A DNA stretch of 64,000 nucleotides, from positions 81,434 to 145,433 of IMG/VR virus record IMGVR_UViG_3300017971_000207; one strand, given 5' to 3'. Shown here piece by piece: positions 1-8,483 of this stretch (its first letter is position 1; every line of letters begins with the position of its first letter). Source of the DNA: a virus. Under the pieces are notes generated by a model. It searched no databases. It saw only the letters and a list, made by a program, of their open reading frames with translations, and was not told the DNA's origin. The position numbers and the translations under genes are program-made.

Positions 1-328
1 ACGTTCGTGAGCTCTTAAGGCCCGCAGGTCCCTCTTCACGCAGCCGCAAGTTTTGCAGGTGTAAGATTCGGTCGCCTTCGCGGATGTCTTCGGCATAGGA
101 CCAACCTCGTGCGGTCCAAAAAAGGTGGTTACCGCTAGCAGTTATCCTACGCTCACCACAATCTAGTGTAAAGGAGGTGTTAGCCCATTCATCTCGGACC
201 TCTACCACCGTCTCGATGCCTTGTTGACCAGAGGGTCCGAAGCTCACCACAGCGTCTCCCACCTGGACGCGTTCTATAGGCACTTGGAGACCCGAAGGCA
301 GCATTACGTTGGAGGATGGGTGTATGCA
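1..328 (-). mobile_element. Intein N-terminal part in AAA ATPase (after Walker B)
   Basis: Block A CIHPSSNVMLPSG..VPIERVQVGD and block B TASGNHLFWT. Confidence 0.75.
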
Positions 329-676
329 ATTGATCTCCTCTAGGCAGAGGATACAGCGGCCAACCTCATTGGCCACCTCGAAGGCGTTGGTTATGGGCCC
401 TAGAACAAAAGGGGTCGAGCCCCCTCGGATGATGTGCATCCCCAGCAGATGAGAGCGCCGCACATCCTCTGAGCAGTCAAAGGTGATGATCGGGCTCCGT
501 ACCTTGTTAGCGTAGTGCTGGATGGAGAGTGTTTTCCCTACCCCCTTCGGACCACACACAATTGCGGGTGCCCGAAAGGCTAGCCCATCATACAGAGGGA
601 GCAGGTCCAGGGCGTCGATGTAGGTAACCTGCTTCGGAGCGAAGCTGTCTGCGGGCAAACTTAGAATATCGCTCAT
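1..676 (-). CDS. MoxR/CbbQ-type AAA+ ATPase, intein-containing, runs off window edge
   Basis: Manual translation from ATG 676 (RBS AGGAG): Walker A GPKGVGKT, FDCSED, Walker B LEEIN followed by intein-like CIHPSSNVML. Confidence 0.8.
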   Translation of the reverse strand, partial: MSDILSLPADSFAPKQVTYIDALDLLPLYDGLAFRAPAIVCGPKGVGKTLSIQHYANKVRSPIITFDCSEDVRRSHLLGMHIIRGGSTPFVLGPITNAFEVANEVGRCILCLEEINCIHPSSNVMLPSGLQVPIERVQVGDAVVSFGPSGQQGIETVVEVRDEWANTSFTLDCGERRITASGNHLFWTARGWSYAEDIREGDRILHLQNLRLREEGPAGLKSSRT

Positions 677-687
677 CGCTCAGCTCC

Positions 688-1245
688 TCAGCAGTAGAAG
701 GTCAAAAGACGCCCATAGGGTCCCTGAGCTGCCTCGTGCGCCGGAGACTCCTGGAACTCGCCAACAGTGCGGGCGCCCTCGACGGTTATGATGGGCGCGA
801 CCCACACCCGCGTCTGGGGCCGAAAGCCGAGATGCGTGAATACTGCTAGCAGCGCGGGCTGCGGAGCGACCGGCTGTGTGTCTGCCAGGGCTAAGCCCAG
901 CAGGTCATCAATATCTTCCGAGACGCTTTCCCCGAGGGGAACCTCATCAACCGTCTCATAGATGGTCAGAACGCCCACCGCCTTGGTCACCTCCGCAAAG
1001 CGGCCAACCGCTGCTTGGTGATCCTCCAGAGATAGCTGCTTGCGCTCCACTGCCAGAACCTTAACCCCAATAGGCTCGCCGTCTGGGTCCGTGGTAGCCA
1101 ACAGCCACGAGGCCACGGGCAACCTTCCCCGCTGCGTTAATCTTAGCTGCGCCTGTGCAAAGGCCACCTCCGCAAAACGCTCCGCGCCTCTGAGCGTGTG
1201 CAGATCCTCCGGTAACCTTGGTCGTGTTGTCACTGCTAGTCCCAT
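688..1245 (-). CDS. Hypothetical protein
   Basis: 185 aa ORF; TTGACA-17-TATCTT promoter 6 nt before ATG. Confidence 0.7.
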   Translation of the reverse strand: MGLAVTTRPRLPEDLHTLRGAERFAEVAFAQAQLRLTQRGRLPVASWLLATTDPDGEPIGVKVLAVERKQLSLEDHQAAVGRFAEVTKAVGVLTIYETVDEVPLGESVSEDIDDLLGLALADTQPVAPQPALLAVFTHLGFRPQTRVWVAPIITVEGARTVGEFQESPAHEAAQGPYGRLLTFYC

Positions 1246-1287
1246 GCTGCGAAGATAATATGTAACCTCGCGATTGTCAAGCGAGGC

Positions 1288-1884
1288 TCAAGCGGTGGGC
1301 TTCAGCTTGACACGTGAGGGACGCACCTTGGGGGCGTAGCGGCGGCAGTTAGCAGCTGCGTTAGATGCCCAGTAGCAGGGGCGTCCGACGTCTCCAGGGG
1401 CGTGGCAAACTCCCTGACACTCGCCGGCTTTGAAGTGGGGCGGTATCTCGCCGGATAGGTGTGCACACGGATGGGTGTTGACCACCACTTGCTTAATCAT
1501 CTGAGGGCTCCTTTGCTCGTTGTTGGAGGGCTCCGGCGCAAAGCCGAAGATCATACCGTTTGGGGGAGATTGGTCCTCTAGCGCATCGAGCGTCTCAAAG
1601 GCGAGGTCAATCATGTGGGGGCTATCAGCCGTAACAGCTCGGCGCCTGGCGGTCTCAGGCACAGCATCGATGATGGCCCTAGCGGCCCAAGCTTCTGGAG
1701 AGAGTCCTCGGGTGGCGGCCCAACTGCTCACAAGCTGGTGCTTACTGCCTAGGGAGATCACAAGCTCGGGAGGCCGAGGCCGGCGGCGCTGCAGTGCCTT
1801 TCGGAGCGCGCCGCCTGCTAAAGCGCCTCCGAGGAAGGTCGCCACCAGAGCGACGCTGTACAGAATGGCAGATATCATATCCAT
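1288..1884 (-). CDS. Hypothetical membrane-anchored protein with Cys-rich C-terminus
   Basis: N-terminal hydrophobic helix; operon packing. Confidence 0.65.
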   Translation of the reverse strand: MDMISAILYSVALVATFLGGALAGGALRKALQRRRPRPPELVISLGSKHQLVSSWAATRGLSPEAWAARAIIDAVPETARRRAVTADSPHMIDLAFETLDALEDQSPPNGMIFGFAPEPSNNEQRSPQMIKQVVVNTHPCAHLSGEIPPHFKAGECQGVCHAPGDVGRPCYWASNAAANCRRYAPKVRPSRVKLKPTA

Positions 1885-1887
1885 AGC

Positions 1888-2109
1888 CTACTGGGGCAGA
1901 GGTACCCCGAAGTGCATATCGCGGAGGTGAGCGCGGAGCACCTCACAGTGCTCAAAAGCTGGGCACAGCTCACAGGAGGAGAGCCCTTTCATATCCTTGC
2001 ATGCCTCCACCTTACGCTGGCGGAGGACCGTCTCAAACTGCGGGGTGCCTGGGGTGTATCCTTCCAGCTCTACGGCAAGGTGTAGCTGCTCTAACCGACC
2101 CAGCGTCAT
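1888..2109 (-). CDS. Small Cys-rich hypothetical protein
   Basis: CxxC cluster; ATGA overlap with neighbour. Confidence 0.6.
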   Translation of the reverse strand: MTLGRLEQLHLAVELEGYTPGTPQFETVLRQRKVEACKDMKGLSSCELCPAFEHCEVLRAHLRDMHFGVPLPQ

Positions 2110-2342
2110 GATGGGGTTTTTGCCGCCCGAGCAATACTCCGAATCTCCTCCAGCACGGATTGCGGAGACTCGATCGCTCGCCTAAAGCAGCCCTCGTGAA
2201 GATACCCAAACTCTCCCTGCTCCTCGTCCTCGTGAAAGCTGTTCTCGGACAACGTCCCGCGAAGTATCAGGTACACGCGCGTCCCAGCGTCCAACACCTT
2301 CCCACAACCACGACACCTATCAGTCGTTGCTTCGTCGCTCAT
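2106..2342 (-). CDS. Small Zn-finger protein
   Basis: CRGC...HEGC; ATGA overlaps at both ends. Confidence 0.65.
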   Translation of the reverse strand: MSDEATTDRCRGCGKVLDAGTRVYLILRGTLSENSFHEDEEQGEFGYLHEGCFRRAIESPQSVLEEIRSIARAAKTPS

Positions 2343-3004
2343 CTCTTAGTCCTTTTCAAGCCCAGTCGGATCATAACCGCCTGAAGATCCTCCCACACCT
2401 GCGGCTTCCACTGCACGTTACGCAGTAGAGCAGCAGGATGGTAGGTAGCGCGGACCGGGACACCCTCCCAGCTGTGCCACTGTCCCCGCAGAGCCGTAAC
2501 CTTCTTACCAGACCCTAGCAACGTCTGCGCCGCTGTTCCTCCCATTGCAACGATGCACTGCGGATTGACGGCCCGCAGCTGCCCGCAGAGCAACGGGCGG
2601 CAGGCGTCTTTCTCTGCGGGCGAGGGCTTACGGTTCTGGGGCTCTGTTCGTCCCCTCGCAATATCCTCGTCCGAAGGAGGCGCCGTCGGACGGCACAATA
2701 CCGCGTTGGTGATGAACACCTGGGAGCGCTCCAAGGTCATGGCCTTAATCATGCGGTTTAGAAGCTTGCCCGAGGAGCCCACAAACGGGACCCCTTCCGC
2801 ATCCTCCTCAGCCCCCGGCCCCTCCCCCACAAAGGCCAGCAAAGGGCGATCAATGTTCCCCGCACCAAAAACAACATTACGCCGCTCTCGCGACAGAGCA
2901 CACGCCTGGCAGCCCTGCGCGCGCTCACGCAAGCGCGCCACCTCGTCCGCCCCCCGCTGACCCGCTAGGGCCTCTGTCGATAGTAGCGAAAGCTGTGCGC
3001 TCAT
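2339..3004 (-). CDS. udg: Uracil-DNA glycosylase family 4
   Basis: CQACAL Fe-S motif, VGEGPG, PFVG, N..LCRP, TYHPAALLR. Confidence 0.95.
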   Translation of the reverse strand: MSAQLSLLSTEALAGQRGADEVARLRERAQGCQACALSRERRNVVFGAGNIDRPLLAFVGEGPGAEEDAEGVPFVGSSGKLLNRMIKAMTLERSQVFITNAVLCRPTAPPSDEDIARGRTEPQNRKPSPAEKDACRPLLCGQLRAVNPQCIVAMGGTAAQTLLGSGKKVTALRGQWHSWEGVPVRATYHPAALLRNVQWKPQVWEDLQAVMIRLGLKRTKR

Positions 3005-3096
3005 GTGAGCATCTTACCCTATGGAGAGGGGATTGTCTATCCCACCTCGCCTGGAGCCAGTAACTAGAGTATGCTCAGAAGGCTGGAGGTCACACT

Positions 3097-3477
3097 ATGG
3101 ATACTCTTGTCGAACTCTGGGAAAAGCACAGCTTCTGGTTGATCCCTGTAGGCTGGGCGCTTCTCTCGGGCGCGCTCAACCTCGCGTTGCGCAAGCGCAC
3201 AGCGGAGGAGTGGGTCGAATATGCAGAGCAGCACCCGCGCCGGGCAGCTATCATCCGACTCATTCGCGCTCTGGGGTTTGATCCCGCTAAAGCTATCAAC
3301 GCTGTTCAGCACCTGGTAAATGGGAAAGCTGTAGCGACCCGACGAATGCTGCCGGAGCCTGCTGCTAAAGCTCTAGAGGCGGCAGAGATCCTAGCGACCG
3401 CTAAGGACGAGGACAAGGCCAACGAGGCCAAGAAGGACGAGAAGGAGAAGCCATGCGAAAAGCCGCAACCACCCTAA
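3097..3477 (+). CDS. Putative holin-like membrane protein
   Basis: N-terminal TM helix, charged C-terminus, RBS GGAGG, first gene of + strand cassette. Confidence 0.45.
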   Translation: MDTLVELWEKHSFWLIPVGWALLSGALNLALRKRTAEEWVEYAEQHPRRAAIIRLIRALGFDPAKAINAVQHLVNGKAVATRRMLPEPAAKALEAAEILATAKDEDKANEAKKDEKEKPCEKPQPP

Positions 3478-3824
3478 TCCTAGCCCTGGCAGCCCTGGTG
3501 CTAACCGGCTGTCCCCAGTTTAAGCCGTGGGCCCGAACAGCCCTCGAAGCAGCCCGACACGCCTGCGCTGCCTACGCGGAGCAAACGGGCCTGTCCTTCA
3601 AGGACGTGTGCGACACCGAGGAGAAGCTACGTCCGTTTATCGATTCGATCCTAGCAGCTCAAGCAGCAGCCGCGGCAAAGGGGGCGGCCGGAGCCTGCAA
3701 GTGCCCAAAGTGTGAGGAGGCCCCCAAGCCCGCTGCCCCCGCACCGAAGCCGCCTCCCCCCACGCCCTCCGCAAAGCCGGAGGCCAAACCCATCCCCAAG
3801 CCTGAGCCAGCACCAGGAGGCTGA
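3453..3824 (+). CDS. Lipoprotein with Pro-rich tail (spanin-like candidate)
   Basis: Signal peptide with lipobox LTGC; Pro/Lys-rich C-terminus. Confidence 0.7.
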   Translation: MRKAATTLILALAALVLTGCPQFKPWARTALEAARHACAAYAEQTGLSFKDVCDTEEKLRPFIDSILAAQAAAAAKGAAGACKCPKCEEAPKPAAPAPKPPPPTPSAKPEAKPIPKPEPAPGG

Positions 3825-3825
3825 G

Positions 3826-6800
3826 ATGACGGAGAAAGGCACAGGCTACATCCCATCGCCAGAGGACGAGCGGGACTACCCGCTGATAGGCCCAGGCGAG
3901 AACGCCCTCTTCGGGGCGCTGAACACAACGGTCCCCACCGAGCATCTAGCAATGCTACCGTTGATCGACTTCATCCGTGATCAAGGCGGCACCAACTCGT
4001 GCTTTCCTGCGGGCACTCGCGTGCTCCTGGAAGGCTTTACAGAGCGACCTATCGAACAGATTGCTCCAGGAAACCGTGTGCGGACGCACACAGGCCGAAG
4101 CGGTGCCGTCACAAAGGTGTCTGAGAGACCCTACGAGGGGCTGCTGTATTCGATCAAAGTAGGAGGCTGGATATACCCCCTAGAGGCTACTCCCGAGCAC
4201 CCCGTAGCCGTCATCGCCAACGTGTCCGCCAGAGCAAAGCACGGAGACTTCGAGCCTGGTGAGCTAACGTGGCGCCGGTTTGACGCGATACGTCCAGGAG
4301 ATCGTGTAGTCATGCCTGCAGACACCCGAGAGTTCCCCGAGGACTATCGGTCTGCGTGGCACGTGCTGCGCGTAGCGGACTATCTGGAAGGGGAGTACTG
4401 GGAGGAAGATGGCGCTGTTCGAGCGGCCATGGGAAGACGGGGGAGTGAGATACCTGCGGAGCTGGGGCTCACCCCCGATATCGGCAGGCTTCTCGGGCTG
4501 TTCCTAGCAGAGGGCAGCTTTCTCAAACCCAGCGGCACTAAACAGGGTGTGGCGTTCACCTTTGCGCGGCACGAAGCGCTCCTCCACACCTTCGTCTTGG
4601 AGGCCATGAGGACACACTTCGACCTGGAGGGCCAGAAGGAGGAGACGGAGCAGAAGCCCAACGTCACAACGTTGCTATTCTACAGCTCAACTGTAGCGCA
4701 GCTGTTCTACGCTCTGTGCGGAGAAGGGGCGCTACAGAAGCGCGTGCCCGACGTGTTTTTTGAGACAGGGCGCGACGTGAAGCTCGCACTCATCCGAGGG
4801 TGGTTTCAAGGAGATGGGTCTCAAGACCCCGTTCGTCTCCGCAGAAAGAAGGACGGCACTGTGCGCAAAGCTGCGGCCGTTCAAGGAGTCACAAGCTCTG
4901 AGGAGCTCCACCGTGGGCTATACCGCTTAGCCTCTCTCTGTAACATCAAGCTCAGTACGCAGCAGAGAAAGGTAGCGGAGCATCAAAACGCTGCCGGCCG
5001 CGAGCTGAACCTTTACGGGGACAACATCCTAAAGGTGTTCCCCGATGCAGCACCGCGCCTGGAAGCCGCTGGGATAAAGCTATCGGGACGGACCCGCTAC
5101 CGAAAGCACGCCTTGGGATATCTGTGCCGCGTAGAGGAGGTTTCTATGCGTGAGGCCCCCGCAGACACTAAGGTCTACAACTTGGAAGTCGAGGGGGATC
5201 ACTCGTACGTTGCCGAGGGCATCGCCGTCCACAACTGCGTCTGGCAATCCATCCAGCAGCAGCACTACATCGCACAGGGGGTACACGGGGTGCAGCAACG
5301 TCTACCCCTGAGCGTGATGTTCGGCTACTACCACACGCGCCTTCGCGGGGGCACGCAGAGGTTTGACAATGGCTGCTTCCCCAGGCTGGCCTGGCAGGTG
5401 GCGGAGAAGATCGGATTCTGTATCGAGGACCTGTGGCCCTTCAAGGAGCCCGAGATAAACCGACCGCCGAGTCTAGATGCCACCTCCGGGGCCATAGACC
5501 AGCGGTGGGTGCACGGCTACTACCACATCCTCGGACGCCCACGAGAGGAGGAGGTCCGACAGGCCCTCTCAAACAACCACCCTGTGGTATTCGGGACCGT
5601 CGTCGACAACGATTTCAAGCGGTACAAGGGCTCTAACCTTAGCACCGAGCCTATGAAGCCTCCGACGGGCCACTCCGGACGCCATATGATGTGCGCAGTT
5701 GCGTACGATCAAGACGGTCTGTGGGTGATCAACTCGTGGGGCTGTTACGACGATAAGACGGAGATTCTAACCGCCGCTGGGTGGAAGTCTTTTGCTGATG
5801 TCGTGGTGGGTGAGCCCGTCGCAACGCTTAATAGCCACGGGGAGCTGGAGTACCAGAATACGACTGACGTTCAACGCTACATCTACGACGGAGAGTTGTG
5901 GTCTTACCAGTCCCAAGGCGTAGACCTTGTTGTGACGCCAAACCACAACATGCTCATAGGACGCCGTTGTCGCGAAGGCGGTAAGCGCGTCCCCAAGTGG
6001 GAGCGCGTTCCGGCTGATCGCATCAACACCAAACACTTCTTGATGAAGAAAACGGCTGCCTGGTCAGGCGAAGAGCCTCCTTACATTGAGGTCGGTCCCC
6101 ACAGGATACCAACGGAGCTTTGGGTCGAGTTCCTCGGCTACTTCTTGTCCGAAGGTCATGCCCGAGAGAACGTGGTCCAACGGCCGGAGCGTGTGGCGCT
6201 TAACGGTACGACAGGTCGCGAGAAGCGGTACAGCGCGTGCAGCGAAACTCAGTACCTGGTGGGTATCCATCAAACCAAGTCTGAAGGTGTCTTCAAGATG
6301 GGCGCCTGTCTACGTCGCATGCCTGCCGCCTTCACCCGCATAACAGGGGGTTGGCAGGCAACATCTAGCCCACTGTGCGAGCATCTTCTCCCGCTCGGAA
6401 AAGCGCATCAGAAGTACATTCCTCCCTACGTCAAAAGGCTCTCTCCTCGGCTTCTACGAGTGTTCCTGAAGGCCGCTTGTCTCGGCGACGGCTCCCCTGT
6501 AGGCCGCAACGGCAGCGTCTACTACACCTCGTCCAAGCGGCTTGCTGACGATATACAGGAGGTTGCACTAAAGGCCGGGATGTGTGCAGATATACGCGAG
6601 GATGATCGCCGCGGTCGTACTAATGCGCGGGGGACCACTCGCTATGTGAACTACCAGGTGGCAATCAAACCCGTGAGGGGAGAAACCAAACCCAAAGGAG
6701 GCTTCACGCCAACAAAGATCCCCTACAAAGGTTTCGTGCGCTGCGTCACAGTACCGAACGGTCTGGTCTATGTTCGACGCAATGGTAAGGCGGTCTGGTC

Positions 6801-6936
6801 GGGCAACTCCGACTGGGGCTGCCCGGACCCATCAGGGTTCTATCGATCGGGGTTCTTTCATATGTCCTGGGAATGGGTAAACTGGTCAAGTGCCACTGAT
6901 TGGTGGGCCGTCCAATACCCAAAGATGTTCGTTTAG
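3826..6936 (+). CDS. Papain-like C1A cysteine peptidase precursor with two inteins (about 269 aa after splicing)
   Basis: Exteins give DQGGTNS|C, GRHMMCAVAY, NSWG|SDWG..GFF; ATG 3826 after AGGAGG. Confidence 0.9.
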   Translation: MTEKGTGYIPSPEDERDYPLIGPGENALFGALNTTVPTEHLAMLPLIDFIRDQGGTNSCFPAGTRVLLEGFTERPIEQIAPGNRVRTHTGRSGAVTKVSERPYEGLLYSIKVGGWIYPLEATPEHPVAVIANVSARAKHGDFEPGELTWRRFDAIRPGDRVVMPADTREFPEDYRSAWHVLRVADYLEGEYWEEDGAVRAAMGRRGSEIPAELGLTPDIGRLLGLFLAEGSFLKPSGTKQGVAFTFARHEALLHTFVLEAMRTHFDLEGQKEETEQKPNVTTLLFYSSTVAQLFYALCGEGALQKRVPDVFFETGRDVKLALIRGWFQGDGSQDPVRLRRKKDGTVRKAAAVQGVTSSEELHRGLYRLASLCNIKLSTQQRKVAEHQNAAGRELNLYGDNILKVFPDAAPRLEAAGIKLSGRTRYRKHALGYLCRVEEVSMREAPADTKVYNLEVEGDHSYVAEGIAVHNCVWQSIQQQHYIAQGVHGVQQRLPLSVMFGYYHTRLRGGTQRFDNGCFPRLAWQVAEKIGFCIEDLWPFKEPEINRPPSLDATSGAIDQRWVHGYYHILGRPREEEVRQALSNNHPVVFGTVVDNDFKRYKGSNLSTEPMKPPTGHSGRHMMCAVAYDQDGLWVINSWGCYDDKTEILTAAGWKSFADVVVGEPVATLNSHGELEYQNTTDVQRYIYDGELWSYQSQGVDLVVTPNHNMLIGRRCREGGKRVPKWERVPADRINTKHFLMKKTAAWSGEEPPYIEVGPHRIPTELWVEFLGYFLSEGHARENVVQRPERVALNGTTGREKRYSACSETQYLVGIHQTKSEGVFKMGACLRRMPAAFTRITGGWQATSSPLCEHLLPLGKAHQKYIPPYVKRLSPRLLRVFLKAACLGDGSPVGRNGSVYYTSSKRLADDIQEVALKAGMCADIREDDRRGRTNARGTTRYVNYQVAIKPVRGETKPKGGFTPTKIPYKGFVRCVTVPNGLVYVRRNGKAVWSGNSDWGCPDPSGFYRSGFFHMSWEWVNWSSATDWWAVQYPKMFV
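4000..5235 (+). mobile_element. Intein (412 aa) with LAGLIDADG endonuclease
   Basis: CFPAGT start, TPEHP, LGLFLAEG, RGWFQGDG, ends HN|C. Confidence 0.92.
5743..6807 (+). mobile_element. Intein (355 aa) with LAGLIDADG endonuclease
   Basis: CYDDKTE start, TPNH, LGYFLSEG, LGDG, ends GN|S. Confidence 0.92.
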
Positions 6937-6948
6937 GAGACCAACACA

Positions 6949-7305
6949 ATGAATCGTGAGCTAAACCGCTTGTTAGAGAGCGTACGTGCAGAGCTGGCAG
7001 AGGGCCTCCCCAAAGGGAAGTACCTGGGCCTACGAGACGCAAAAAGCATCGACATGAACCGTGTCCGGGTTGATCTAGAGACCACCTCTGGGGACAATCT
7101 AGGGGGCAACATCGAAACCCTCTTGAGAGGTGAGGACGATGTAAGGTGGCTTACGAGGCCGCCGCGACGAGGGGAGGGCACCGCGAGCTTCACCATCTTC
7201 GTCCGGGACCCGGACGAGTTCAAGTACCTGTGGAACACGTTGGAGCGTGCAGAGATCTACGACGACACTATCCTAAACTTCTACGTCAGCGTCACGGACA
7301 TCTAG
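6949..7305 (+). CDS. Hypothetical protein with MNRELN-type leader
   Basis: MNRELNRLLESVRAELAE; RBS AGGAG. Confidence 0.75.
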   Translation: MNRELNRLLESVRAELAEGLPKGKYLGLRDAKSIDMNRVRVDLETTSGDNLGGNIETLLRGEDDVRWLTRPPRRGEGTASFTIFVRDPDEFKYLWNTLERAEIYDDTILNFYVSVTDI

Positions 7306-7314
7306 GATATCGAC

Positions 7315-7656
7315 ATGCACCACCTTCCCTTCTTACTCATGCTGGCCCTCATGGTCTGCATGCTCCCCGCCTGCCCGGACCCTGTCATCCCTGGCCCTCA
7401 ATGGGACGGGGGGTCTGTTGAGCCCGACCCCGTTCTACCCCCTGGTGTTGATGCCAACGAGGCTGCCTGCAAGCGCCTAGAGGAGCTGCAGTGCAAGTCA
7501 AAGGATGGGCGCAACCTCTGGGAGCCCACACCCGGCGGCGTCTCCTGCGTCGACGTGTTCCGCAACGCAGAGAAGAATGGGGTCAACCTACACCCTGCGT
7601 GTTTGGCTAAAATAGAACGCTGTGAGGATAGGCATCGGTGTACCGACAAGGGCTAG
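7315..7656 (+). CDS. Cys-rich lipoprotein
   Basis: Signal peptide with lipobox LPAC; six further Cys; PQWDGG linker. Confidence 0.7.
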   Translation: MHHLPFLLMLALMVCMLPACPDPVIPGPQWDGGSVEPDPVLPPGVDANEAACKRLEELQCKSKDGRNLWEPTPGGVSCVDVFRNAEKNGVNLHPACLAKIERCEDRHRCTDKG

Positions 7657-8159
7657 TCCAGATGCGCCCATAAACGGCGTGTGACAAGTGCATGCACCAG
7701 GCTCTCACTGACATGGTACTTCTCCGCCAAGCTTCTCAGGGACACCTTTCGAGGGACGTATCTCCGCCTGATGTCTCGCACCTGTTCAGGAGTAAGCTTG
7801 GCGGACCCGTTGGCTTCGCCTGGGTGTGCAACGTGTCGTCCTTTGGACATCATGTCTCTCATGTTATCCGTGTGGGTCCCAACCCACAGGTGCTCTGGGT
7901 TGACGCAGGGTGGGTTGTCACACTTGTGCAGAACACAGAGCCCCTCGGGTATAGGGCCGCGGGTAAGCTCCCAAGATACTCGGTGGGCATAGGTAGATAT
8001 GCTGCTGAGTTCCTGTCGGCTCCCCTGCCTGAAGAACCCATACTGGGTACGGGAGTGTCGAGGACCCGTCCAAAGCCAACAATCTCCACTACAGTCCACA
8101 TGTTTCCAGAATCGCTCGGTCTCGACCAGGCCGAAGGTAGTCTGCTGTCTTGCTGTCAT
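7653..8159 (-). CDS. HNH homing endonuclease with C-terminal HTH
   Basis: RFW..V..CWLWTG, AHRVSW, VLHKCDNPPCVNPEHL..GT..DNM. Confidence 0.92.
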   Translation of the reverse strand: MTARQQTTFGLVETERFWKHVDCSGDCWLWTGPRHSRTQYGFFRQGSRQELSSISTYAHRVSWELTRGPIPEGLCVLHKCDNPPCVNPEHLWVGTHTDNMRDMMSKGRHVAHPGEANGSAKLTPEQVRDIRRRYVPRKVSLRSLAEKYHVSESLVHALVTRRLWAHLD

Positions 8160-8386
8160 GATGCAGGAGGCTCCGCAGGCGTACGAAGACCTCGGACCGC
8201 GACTAGCTGGGCTTCCAGAGATTGCTCTGCCTTCGGCAGCTCCTTGGCCAAGAACTCCCCCAACGCTTCCTTGATCAGCTTGTTTAGCGTAGTCTCTCTG
8301 TAGTCGGCTAGGAACTTGAGACGCTTGTGGGTAAAAGGATACAACCTAACAGTGATTTTGACAGGATCTTCGTCTTTTGACTCCAT
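8156..8386 (-). CDS. Ribbon-helix-helix DNA-binding protein
   Basis: KITVRL..HKRLKFLA..TTLNKLIKEALGEFL. Confidence 0.75.
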   Translation of the reverse strand: MESKDEDPVKITVRLYPFTHKRLKFLADYRETTLNKLIKEALGEFLAKELPKAEQSLEAQLVAVRGLRTPAEPPAS

Positions 8387-8391
8387 AATAG

Positions 8392-8409
8392 GAGTATGGC
8401 GGCATACTC
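8392..8409. promoter_or_regulatory. Palindromic operator candidate upstream of RHH gene
   Basis: GAGTATG-GCGG-CATACTC in the divergent intergenic gap. Confidence 0.5.
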
Positions 8410-8483
8410 AAGAGTTGCCGTCAAACCAACCGAAGATCGAAAAGTGTGAGGACCGTCACAGCTGCACCGACAAAGGATAGCCC

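Noticed and set aside
3712-3825. N-terminal extension of the peptidase ORF given in the ORF track
   Set aside because: Overlaps the lipoprotein gene; ATG 3826 has a strong RBS.
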